Source of the DNA: Clostridia bacterium
GTDB taxonomy: Bacteria > Bacillota > Clostridia > Oscillospirales > CAG-272
Assembly (NCBI GenBank): GCA_017387685.1
Contig: JAFOEU010000024.1
Span: 29,800 to 93,799, forward strand
DNA length: 64,000 nucleotides
Direction of reading: 5' to 3'
Below are positions 17,206-25,033 of the stretch, piece by piece. Positions within the stretch are counted from its first letter, which is position 1, and each line of letters starts with the position of its first letter. Both the position numbers and the translations under genes were made by a program. The notes beneath the pieces were generated by a model, which saw only the letters and a list, made by a program, of their open reading frames with translations, was not told the DNA's origin and ran no database searches.

Positions 17206-17281
17206 TGGTCGAAGTGACAGGACTCGAACCTGCAGCATCGTGCTCCCAAAGCACGCGCGCTACCAATTGCGCCACACCTCG
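17206..17281 (-). tRNA. tRNA-Pro (anticodon UGG), CCA encoded
   Basis: The reverse complement reads CGAGGTG-TG-GCGCAATTGGTAGCGC-G-CGTGC-TTTGGGA-GCACG-ATGCT-GCAGG-TTCGAGT-CCTGT-CACTTCG-A-CCA. This is a full cloverleaf with anticodon loop T-T-TGG-G-A. Confidence 0.88.
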
Positions 17282-17541
17282 ATATTTATTTGGTAGTAAA
17301 CACACGAAAAGATCATTTCGTGCGTTGCGCGCTACCGTTTCGGGACAGCCGAAATGCTTGCGCACTCACCTCGATTTGCATTCATTTTTTCGTACCTATA
17401 TATTATACCACGAAATCGCCTCGTTGTCTACATTTTTTTGTAAAAACCTGCGATTTTTTCTTCATTTATTTTTACATACGTCGCCGGCTTCGCGTTTCTT
17501 TTCAATTCACAACTGTACGCGCAATATTTCATAAATTTCCC

Positions 17542-17570
17542 TTGACTTTTTCCTTAATTTATGTTATATT
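17542..17570 (+). promoter_or_regulatory. Sigma-70 type promoter for rbfA-nrnA
   Basis: TTGACT - 17 nt - TATATT. Confidence 0.5.
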
Positions 17571-17634
17571 ATAATAGTAATAATATGCTCTCTTATTAGT
17601 TTTTAAAATTAGTTTTATATAAAAGGAAAAAATC

Positions 17635-18054
17635 ATGGCAAATTACAGACGCGGCAGGATCAACGATGAGGTCCGCAAAGCTCTCTCGGAAATTCTTCGA
17701 GAGGTCAAGGATCCCAGAGTCAGCTCCGCCTTTATCAGCATCACGGGTGCAGACGTTACACCCGACCTTAAATTCGCAAAGATCTACTACTCCCTCCTCG
17801 GTGCGGACGGCAACGCCGAAAAGGAAAAGAAGGTTGCCGAGGGACTAAAATCAAGCAACGGATACATCCGCCGTGCACTCGCGCGTGCGGTCGATCTTCG
17901 TCAGACTCCCGAGCTGACCTTCATCCTCGACCGCTCGGGCGCGAACGGTGCACACATCTCTTCTCTCCTCCACAAGGTTGAAACAGACAGCGCAGAAAGA
18001 GCCGCAAGGCTCGGCATCACCACCGAAAAATCCGACGAAGAAGGTGACGAGTAA
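17635..18054 (+). CDS. rbfA: Ribosome-binding factor A
   Basis: MANYRRGRINDEVRKALSEILRE.KDPRV...ITGADVTPDLKFAKIYYS is the RbfA signature region. Confidence 0.9.
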   Translation: MANYRRGRINDEVRKALSEILREVKDPRVSSAFISITGADVTPDLKFAKIYYSLLGADGNAEKEKKVAEGLKSSNGYIRRALARAVDLRQTPELTFILDRSGANGAHISSLLHKVETDSAERAARLGITTEKSDEEGDE

Positions 18055-19058
18055 TGCGCAATCTGACCTTCAAGGCCGCTTGCCGAAATCTCTACGAGCT
18101 TTCAAGACGCGGCAAGCTTGCGCTCCTCGTTCACGCACGTCCCGACGGCGACTGCATCGGTTCAGCTTACGCCACCGCGGTGCTCCTTGAAGCTATCGGT
18201 TGCCGCGCACACGTCGTTTGTGCCGATCCACTCCCCGCACGTCTGCGTTTCATCGCGGAGAACGCAAAACAGGACGGCAGCATAACGCTCGACACGATTC
18301 CCGAGGAATTTCAGCCCGGCAAGGTTACCGCGGTCGCGCTTGACATCGCGGCATCCACGCAGCTCGGATGTCTTGAGGGCAAGTACGACATTGCACTTTC
18401 CTTCGACCATCACGCGCGTTCGACCGCTTTTTCAGACCGTTATCTTTCCGCCGACGCCTCCGCGACCGGTGAGATCGTCTGGCGCATCGCACGCGAATGG
18501 ATGAGAATGGGCTATATCGACGCGATCCCCGAGGGTGTCGCGCCCGCGATTTATGCCGCTATCAGCTCGGATACGGGCTGTTTCCGTTACTCAAACGTAA
18601 CTCCTGCAACCCACCGCACTGCGGCACAGCTCATCGCACTGATCCCCTCGCACGCGGACATCGACCGTCTTCTCTTCGAAACCAAAACGCCCGGCAGACT
18701 CGCGGCGGAAAAAGCGGCGCTTGACCTGCTCACATTTGCGGCAAGCGGAAAGATCGCGGTTTGCTCGATCTCGCTTGAACAGATCTCGGAGCACAACCTT
18801 GCGGGCGAGGATCTCGACGCACTGATAGATATTGCCCGTTCGGTTGCGGGAGTTGAGATCGCGTTTTCGATCCGCGAGGAAGCGAAAAATCATTTCCGCA
18901 TTTCTGCGCGCTCCAATTCGACGGCGGACGTTTCCGCGCTTTGCGCCCACTTTGGCGGCGGAGGACACGTTAAGGCGGCAGGATGCACGATTTCAGCCAG
19001 CACGATCGAGAGTGCGCGCGAGCTTCTTATCGAGCGCGCCGAGAAGCTGATTTCCTGA
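18054..19058 (+). CDS. nrnA: DHH/DHHA1 family phosphoesterase (NrnA-like oligoribonuclease/pAp phosphatase)
   Basis: Motifs HARPDGDCIGS, FDHH and a C-terminal GGGGH. The position after rbfA is conserved in Firmicutes. Confidence 0.8.
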   Translation: MRNLTFKAACRNLYELSRRGKLALLVHARPDGDCIGSAYATAVLLEAIGCRAHVVCADPLPARLRFIAENAKQDGSITLDTIPEEFQPGKVTAVALDIAASTQLGCLEGKYDIALSFDHHARSTAFSDRYLSADASATGEIVWRIAREWMRMGYIDAIPEGVAPAIYAAISSDTGCFRYSNVTPATHRTAAQLIALIPSHADIDRLLFETKTPGRLAAEKAALDLLTFAASGKIAVCSISLEQISEHNLAGEDLDALIDIARSVAGVEIAFSIREEAKNHFRISARSNSTADVSALCAHFGGGGHVKAAGCTISASTIESARELLIERAEKLIS

Positions 19059-19124
19059 AAACGAAATTTTTCGGCACGGTTCACGTTTTTTACTTATAAT
19101 ATGTTCCGTTTTTGGAATTTTTTC

Positions 19125-19166
19125 AGTATTCGCATCGTTTTGCACGGTGCGAATACTTTTATTTTT
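19125..19166 (+). terminator. Rho-independent terminator of rbfA-nrnA
   Basis: AGTATTCGCA-loop-TGCGAATACT followed by TTTATTTTT. Confidence 0.65.
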
Positions 19167-19197
19167 CCGATTTTGGAATTTTTCTTTGTAAAAGTAC

Positions 19198-19226
19198 TTG
19201 ACAAACGCGCGAAATGGGTGTATAAT
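19198..19226 (+). promoter_or_regulatory. Consensus sigma-70 promoter for recA
   Basis: TTGACA - 17 nt - TATAAT. Confidence 0.7.
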
Positions 19227-19271
19227 GTAATAAAATAATTCCAAATTTCGTTTTATAAGAGGTAAATAAAA

Positions 19272-20369
19272 ATGGCAACTAAGAAGAATGCGGCGACAAT
19301 GCCCGCTGACGGCGACGCAAAAAAGAAGGCTCTGCAGACGGCTATCTCGCAGATCGAGCGTGATTTTGGCTCGGGCGCGGTAATGCGCCTCGGAGAGAAT
19401 GCGCATATGGAGGTTCAGGCGGTTCACACGGGCTCGATTTCGCTTGATATGGCACTCGGAATCGGCGGACTCCCCAAGGGACGTATCGTTGAGATCTACG
19501 GTCCCGAGTCCTCGGGTAAGACCACCGTTGCGCTTCACGTTGTAGCCGAGGTTCAGAAGACCGGCGGTGAGGCGGCATTCATTGACGCAGAGCACGCGCT
19601 CGATCCCGTCTACGCCAAGGCTCTCGGCGTTGACATTGACAATCTTCTCGTTTCCCAGCCCGATTGCGGCGAGGATGCGCTTGAGATCACCGAATCCCTC
19701 GTCCGTTCGGGCGCGGTTGACATCGTCGTTATCGACTCTGTTGCGGCTCTCGTTCCCCGTCAGGAGCTTGAGGGCGATATGGGTTCGTCTCAGGTCGGCG
19801 TTCAGGCAAGACTTATGTCGCAGGCTATGCGTAAGCTTTCGGCGGCTATCTCGAAGTCCAACTGCCTCGTTATCTTCATCAACCAGCTCCGCGAAAAGGT
19901 CGGAGTTATGTACGGCAACCCCGAGGTCACCACGGGCGGTCGTGCACTTAAATTCTATGCATCTGTCAGAATCGACGTCCGCAAATCCGAGCAGCTCAAG
20001 AACGGCAATGATATCTACGGAAACCGCGTAAAATGCAAGGTCGTTAAGAACAAGGTAGCGCCTCCCTTTAAGAGTGCGGAATTCGACATTCTTTACGGCA
20101 AGGGCATTTCGCGTGCGAGCGAGATCGTTGATATGGGTGTAGCTCTCGAGGTAATCCAGAAGAGCGGCTCGTGGTTCTCCTACAATGGCGAGAGAATCGG
20201 TCAGGGACGCGAAAACGCAAGAAAGACCATCGAGGCAGATCCCGCACTCTTTGCAGAGATTGAGGCAAAGATCCGTTCCCTCGCAGATAAGCTTTCAGAT
20301 GAAGACGGAGGCGATTTCGAGCTCGACGATGACGATCTCGATATCGATCTTCTCGGCGATCTTGAATGA
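19272..20369 (+). CDS. recA: Recombinase RecA
   Basis: Walker [10 protein letters not shown], the motifs [10 protein letters not shown] and [12 protein letters not shown]-like, and an acidic C-terminal tail. Confidence 0.97.
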   Translation: MATKKNAATMPADGDAKKKALQTAISQIERDFGSGAVMRLGENAHMEVQAVHTGSISLDMALGIGGLPKGRIVEIYGPESSGKTTVALHVVAEVQKTGGEAAFIDAEHALDPVYAKALGVDIDNLLVSQPDCGEDALEITESLVRSGAVDIVVIDSVAALVPRQELEGDMGSSQVGVQARLMSQAMRKLSAAISKSNCLVIFINQLREKVGVMYGNPEVTTGGRALKFYASVRIDVRKSEQLKNGNDIYGNRVKCKVVKNKVAPPFKSAEFDILYGKGISRASEIVDMGVALEVIQKSGSWFSYNGERIGQGRENARKTIEADPALFAEIEAKIRSLADKLSDEDGGDFELDDDDLDIDLLGDLE

Positions 20370-20992
20370 TTAAAATAACCTCACTCCGCGCCTCGGACGG
20401 GGGCGGAGCTTACCGAGTTGACGTAAAGCGTGAGGATGCGGCGAAAGCGGAATGCTTCTACATCCTCGCCGCACATCAACGAGAATATGAATTTGCAAAA
20501 GGTGAGTACCCCGACGGGGCTTATGAGGTCCTTCGTCGGCTTGACGGCGTCTGCCGCGGAGTAAGATCGGGCAGACGAATACTCGGCTACGGTGCAAATT
20601 CCCGATCGGCACTGCGAATGAAGCTGATCGGCAAGGGTATCGCACCCGATCACGCAGACGAAGCAGTTGAAATACTCATAGCCGAATCGGGGCTTTCCGA
20701 ATCGAGCGATGCACAGCGTCTTTGCGAATTACAGATCGCCAAAAACGTCGGCGCGAGACGCATACTGTCTTATCTGCGCGGCAGAGGCTACGGAGATGAG
20801 GCACTCGCAGAGGTCAGGGAATATCTCGCCGATATTGATTTCGTCCCGATCTGCCACCGTGCAATAATGAAGAAATACGGCGGCATACCGAGCGATCTTG
20901 ACGTTAGAAAAAAATGCATTGATTATCTGTTGCGCCAAGGCTTTTCTTACAATGAGATCAAAAAAGCCTTTGACGCAAATTACGGTGAATAA
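20366..20992 (+). CDS. recX: RecX family regulatory protein
   Basis: Overlaps the recA stop by 4 nt. A 208-aa helical-repeat protein with the typical RecX position and repeat pattern ([24 protein letters not shown]). Confidence 0.7.
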   Translation: MIKITSLRASDGGGAYRVDVKREDAAKAECFYILAAHQREYEFAKGEYPDGAYEVLRRLDGVCRGVRSGRRILGYGANSRSALRMKLIGKGIAPDHADEAVEILIAESGLSESSDAQRLCELQIAKNVGARRILSYLRGRGYGDEALAEVREYLADIDFVPICHRAIMKKYGGIPSDLDVRKKCIDYLLRQGFSYNEIKKAFDANYGE

Positions 20993-20994
20993 TT

Positions 20995-23145
20995 ATGCCT
21001 AAAGCAACAAAAGGAGGAGCGATCACACTCTCCTCTCCAGTAACGGTTCTTTCAGGAGTAGGCCCCGCAAAGGCGGCATCTTATGCAAAAGCAGGCATTG
21101 AAACACTCGAAGACCTGCTTTTGCACGTCCCGCGCGCCTACGAAAACAGAGGTGATATCCGCAAGCTTTCGGATGCGCGGACGGATGGAGGAAAAACTGC
21201 GGTCGTGCTGACCGTTGCAACAACTCCCCAAGCGGCAAAGCTTCGCGGCGGACTCACTATCCTTAAATTCCGTGCTTTTGACCAAAGCGGCAGCGCGGAA
21301 ATTCTCTTCTTTAATATGCCATTCTTGCGCCAGATCTTTACTGTAGGATCCGAGTGGCGCTTTTTCGGCGTTGTTGAGGCAACGCCGGTGCGTGGCGGGA
21401 TGAAGTATAAGATGTCCTCGCCCGCTTACGAGCCCTATGCGGAGGGCGCACTCCCCGATTTCAGCGCTGTCTATCCCCTTTCGGAGGGCTTAACACAGAA
21501 AAATCTTTTCGTTCACGTTTCAGAGGCTATGCGGCTCTGCACTTCTCTGCCCGACGTACTCCCCGATGAAATCAGGCGCAAGCGCAGTCTTTGCACAATG
21601 GCTTATGCAATTCGCAATATTCACAATCCCGAAAGCTACACCGCACTCGCGGCGGCAAAGCGGCGCTTGATCTACGATGAATTCTTTCTTTTCTCGCTTT
21701 CGATGTCGATGCAAGGGAAGAAAAAACGCGTCTCAAACGCTTTTCCGCTGACGAAGCAGAATATCTCTCCCCTACTTTCAGAGTTTCCCTACGAGCTTAC
21801 GGGAGCGCAGAAGCGTGCCGTTAAGGATATCGCCACCGATCTTAAGAGTGAAACGCCGATGCGCCGAATGCTGATAGGTGACGTCGGATGCGGTAAGACT
21901 ATCGTCGCGGCGGCAGCAATACTGATCGCTGTGCTAAGCGGCAGACAAGCCGCACTTATGGCACCCACCGAAATACTCGCGCGGCAGCATTACGAGGATC
22001 TTTCCGAGCTTTTCGGCAAAATCGGAATTAAATGCGAACTTCTCATCGGCGCAACACCTGCAAAGGAGAAGCGCAGAATCTATGCTGCACTATCGGCAGA
22101 ACATCCTGATGCCCGTGTCCCGATTGTTATCGGAACTCACGCACTTTTGTCAGACGGAGTCCAATTTGCGGCACTTTCGCTCGTTGTAACCGACGAACAG
22201 CACCGTTTCGGTGTCAATCAGCGAGCCGCGCTGACCGAAAAATCCGAGGGCGTTCATTTGCTTTCGATGTCGGCAACGCCGATTCCCCGTTCGCTTGCGC
22301 TTGTGATGTACGGCGACACGGACATTTCACGCATTGATGAAATGCCTCCCGGCAGACAGCGAGTTGATACCTTCGTAGTTGACGAAAATTATCGGCAAAG
22401 GCTTATTGCATTTATCAGAAAAACCGTCAGCGAAGGCGGTCAGGTATACGTTGTTTGTCCCTCAATCGAGGAATCCGATAAGCAGGACGATTGCGGGGTT
22501 TCACTTTACGATATAGGTGATGCGGGTTTCACTAAAAAACCGCCCCTCAAGGCGGCGATCAAATATGCAGATGAATTAAGCGAAGCGCTCCCCGAATTAA
22601 CGGTCGCATTCTTACACGGTAAGCTGAAGAGCGAGCAAAAGGATGCAATTATGACATCATTTGAGTGCGGAGAAATAAACGTTCTCGTTTCGACGACCGT
22701 AATCGAGGTCGGCGTCAACGTGCCGAACGCGTCGCTTATGATAGTCGAAAATGCCGAGCGATTCGGACTTTCACAGCTTCATCAGCTTCGCGGACGAGTC
22801 GGGCGCGGAAAGAGAAAATCTTACTGCATCCTCGTTTCCGACGATCCCGCCGAAACTGCGAAGAAGCGTTTGACCGTTATGAAGGATAACTACGACGGTT
22901 TTTCGATAGCGGAGGCAGATCTTGCGGCGCGAGGTCCGGGTGATTTTCTCGCTTCAAATTCGAACGAGATCAGACAAAGCGGCGGACTCAAATTCAAATT
23001 TGCCGATCTTTGCGGCGATGCGTCGATCCTCGCACACGCGACAGAGGATGCAAATTTCATTCTCAATCAAAATCCAACACTTGACGAATATCCCGCGCTT
23101 TCAGATGCCGTATCAAAGCTCGGCGCGGGCACAAATGCAGATTAA
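20995..23145 (+). CDS. recG: ATP-dependent DNA helicase RecG
   Basis: N-terminal wedge domain, LTGAQKRA, Walker A GDVGCGKT, DEQHRFG, the helicase C motifs and QLHQLRGRVGRG. Confidence 0.93.
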   Translation: MPKATKGGAITLSSPVTVLSGVGPAKAASYAKAGIETLEDLLLHVPRAYENRGDIRKLSDARTDGGKTAVVLTVATTPQAAKLRGGLTILKFRAFDQSGSAEILFFNMPFLRQIFTVGSEWRFFGVVEATPVRGGMKYKMSSPAYEPYAEGALPDFSAVYPLSEGLTQKNLFVHVSEAMRLCTSLPDVLPDEIRRKRSLCTMAYAIRNIHNPESYTALAAAKRRLIYDEFFLFSLSMSMQGKKKRVSNAFPLTKQNISPLLSEFPYELTGAQKRAVKDIATDLKSETPMRRMLIGDVGCGKTIVAAAAILIAVLSGRQAALMAPTEILARQHYEDLSELFGKIGIKCELLIGATPAKEKRRIYAALSAEHPDARVPIVIGTHALLSDGVQFAALSLVVTDEQHRFGVNQRAALTEKSEGVHLLSMSATPIPRSLALVMYGDTDISRIDEMPPGRQRVDTFVVDENYRQRLIAFIRKTVSEGGQVYVVCPSIEESDKQDDCGVSLYDIGDAGFTKKPPLKAAIKYADELSEALPELTVAFLHGKLKSEQKDAIMTSFECGEINVLVSTTVIEVGVNVPNASLMIVENAERFGLSQLHQLRGRVGRGKRKSYCILVSDDPAETAKKRLTVMKDNYDGFSIAEADLAARGPGDFLASNSNEIRQSGGLKFKFADLCGDASILAHATEDANFILNQNPTLDEYPALSDAVSKLGAGTNAD

Positions 23146-23157
23146 GAGGTAAAAAAG

Positions 23158-23766
23158 ATGAATAAGAATCGTGGAATTATAGTACTCGATCCCGGACACG
23201 GGCAATTTGGCAACAAACACACCACTCGCGACGGATTTTACGAAGGCACGCAGAATTACATTCTTGCCTCCTTCCTCAAAGCCGAGCTTGAGGCGATCGG
23301 ATTCGACGTAAGAATGACGCGCGAGCGTGTTGAGGATGATATGGGCCTCGTCGAGCGTGGAGCTATGGCGGGCAACCTCGGTGCGGTAATGTTTCTTTCG
23401 ATCCACTCGAACGCACCGGGCGGAAATCCCGGTGAGGATCGTTATGCTAAAATTCGCGGCGCGGAGACATTCTATTCCGTCAGCGACTGCGAAGGCAACG
23501 CCCCCATCGCACGCGACCTGACCGACGCCGTTGTCCGCACAATGCAGACCGAGGACCGCGGCATAAAGACCCGCCGCTACCCCGACAACGAATCGGTAGA
23601 CTACTACGGTGTCCTCCGCTCCGCCGCCGCATCGGGATGCAAGCGCGCTTTCCTCATCGAACACGGCTTCCACACCAATCCCGAAGATTCGGCGTTTTTG
23701 CAGAATTCGGATTGTCTTGCAAAGCTTGCTAAGGCTGAGGCTGAGGTTATTGATAAGTGGTTTTGA
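23158..23766 (+). CDS. N-acetylmuramoyl-L-alanine amidase (Amidase_3 family)
   Basis: The motifs LDPGHG, LSIHSNA and LIEHGFHTNPED are typical Zn-amidase motifs. Confidence 0.8.
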   Translation: MNKNRGIIVLDPGHGQFGNKHTTRDGFYEGTQNYILASFLKAELEAIGFDVRMTRERVEDDMGLVERGAMAGNLGAVMFLSIHSNAPGGNPGEDRYAKIRGAETFYSVSDCEGNAPIARDLTDAVVRTMQTEDRGIKTRRYPDNESVDYYGVLRSAAASGCKRAFLIEHGFHTNPEDSAFLQNSDCLAKLAKAEAEVIDKWF

Positions 23767-23960
23767 TTAGTTACTAGTTGCTAGTTACTAGTTGCTAGTT
23801 GAAGGTAAATTTTCGCGGAGCGAAAATTTTCATCTATAAATCTATTATAAAAAACTCGGATATAGGAGCCAAAGTCCCCTATATCCGAGTTTTATTTGAT
23901 TTTCGAGCAAAGTGAGAAAATCTTCCTTTAACTAGTAACCAGCAACTAGTAACTAGTAAC
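23767..23960. repeat. Composite palindromic intergenic element (CTAG heptamer arrays + GAAGG + hairpins + central bidirectional terminator)
   Basis: (TTRCTAG)x5-GAAGG-TAAATTTTCGC/gga/GCGAAAATTTT on the left. The centre is AAAAAACTCGGATAT[..]ATATCCGAGTTTT (23849-23896). The right arm is GATTTTCGAGC..GAGAAAATC-TTCCTTT-(AACTAGY)x4. It starts immediately after the amidase stop codon. Confidence 0.85.
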
Positions 23961-24005
23961 TTTACAAACTAATGTCCAACATATGCGCAGAATTCTTCCC
24001 GCTCG

Positions 24006-24926
24006 TCACGACAAAGAATCCACATACTTACAAGCCGCCAAAGCCGCGCAAGCACCATCGGAGGTTGCAGTTGAGATCTGGCGGATGCCCTTTTTGCGGC
24101 AGTCGCCCGCGGCGAAAACTCCCGCGCATCCCATATCACCGTCATCGCTTGCAATAAGGTATCCATAGGGATCGATGGGCGCGATGTCCTTGAAGATCTC
24201 GGTTGCGGGAGCCATACCGACAGCAAGGAAGATTCCGTCGACCTTCATCTTGGTAAGATCGCCCGTTTCCGTATTCTTAACGATAATTCCCGTCAGCTCG
24301 CCGCCCTCGGAAACGTATTCTTCAACGACGGTATTATAGATTATTTCTACGTTATCCATTGATTTGAGCTCTGCCGCTGTGCTTGCCTCGCAGGTCAGGT
24401 CGGGGAGGTTCTGAATGATGGTCAGCTTCTTGACCACCTTTGCGAGCAGGAGTGCTTCAACTGCAGCGCTGTTTCCGCCACCGATGACCGCTACTTCTCC
24501 ACCCGTATAGAACGCGCCGTCACAAACGGCACAGAAGGAGATTCCGTGTCCCACAAGCTCTTCTTCACCTTCGAGACCAAGACGGCGGTGGTGTGAGCCG
24601 ACCGCGATGATAACACTCTTTGCCTCAAAATCGCCGTCGGGCGTGGTGAGGGTATAATATTTTTCATCTTCATTGAACGAAATTGCGGTAACCTCCGCGC
24701 ATTCGATCTCCGCGCCGAGTCCGAGCGCCTGCTCGACCATTTTATCGGCAAGCTCGTTGCCCGAGATCTCGGAAAATCCGGGGTAATTCTCGATCTTGGG
24801 TGAGAAGGTCATCTGTCCGCCGAATGTAGACTTTTCAATAACGGTTACGCTTTTGCCTGCACGCACTGCGTAAATTGCCGCGGTAAGTCCCGCAGGACCC
24901 GCTCCGATTATAATAATATCTTTCAT
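24006..24926 (-). CDS. trxB: Thioredoxin-disulfide reductase
   Basis: FAD motif IIIGAGPAGLTAA, redox-active CAVCDG and an NADPH motif GGGNSA. The start is taken at MKDIII, which has a GAGGAAG RBS. Confidence 0.92.
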   Translation of the reverse strand: MKDIIIIGAGPAGLTAAIYAVRAGKSVTVIEKSTFGGQMTFSPKIENYPGFSEISGNELADKMVEQALGLGAEIECAEVTAISFNEDEKYYTLTTPDGDFEAKSVIIAVGSHHRRLGLEGEEELVGHGISFCAVCDGAFYTGGEVAVIGGGNSAAVEALLLAKVVKKLTIIQNLPDLTCEASTAAELKSMDNVEIIYNTVVEEYVSEGGELTGIIVKNTETGDLTKMKVDGIFLAVGMAPATEIFKDIAPIDPYGYLIASDDGDMGCAGVFAAGDCRKKGIRQISTATSDGACAALAACKYVDSLS

Positions 24927-24948
24927 TGCTTCCTCTTTTAATAAAAAC

Positions 24949-24975
24949 AAGATTTTCGCGACAGCGAAAATTTCC
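24949..24975. repeat. Solo AAATTTTCGC..GCGAAAATT family hairpin between nrdD and trxB
   Basis: AAGATTTTCGC-GACA-GCGAAAATTTCC. On the minus strand it is followed by TTGTTTTTATT. Confidence 0.6.
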
Positions 24976-25033
24976 TATTCACTAACAACTACAATCGGGC
25001 AGACCCATTTTATATGAGTCTGCCCTGATGTCT

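Noticed and set aside
16985-17365. 126-aa minus-strand ORF and 140-aa plus-strand ORF (17112-17534) around the tRNA
   Set aside because: Both run through the tRNA-Pro gene and terminator hairpins. They have no RBS and no recognisable domains.
23767-23805. CTAG heptamer arrays considered as a CRISPR array or microsatellite artefact
   Set aside because: The period is 7 nt with no spacers, and there are no cas genes. The arrays occur as inverted pairs at fixed positions relative to other modules, so they are neither CRISPR nor random slippage repeats.
23806-23836. Possible conserved mini-ORF (MKIFAPRKFTFN*) read outward from the element core through the hairpin into the CTAG array
   Set aside because: The ATG is present in this copy only. 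The near-identical hairpin at 47556-47590 has ATA instead of ATG, and other copies have no in-frame start. Conservation is therefore at the RNA/DNA structure level, not the coding level.
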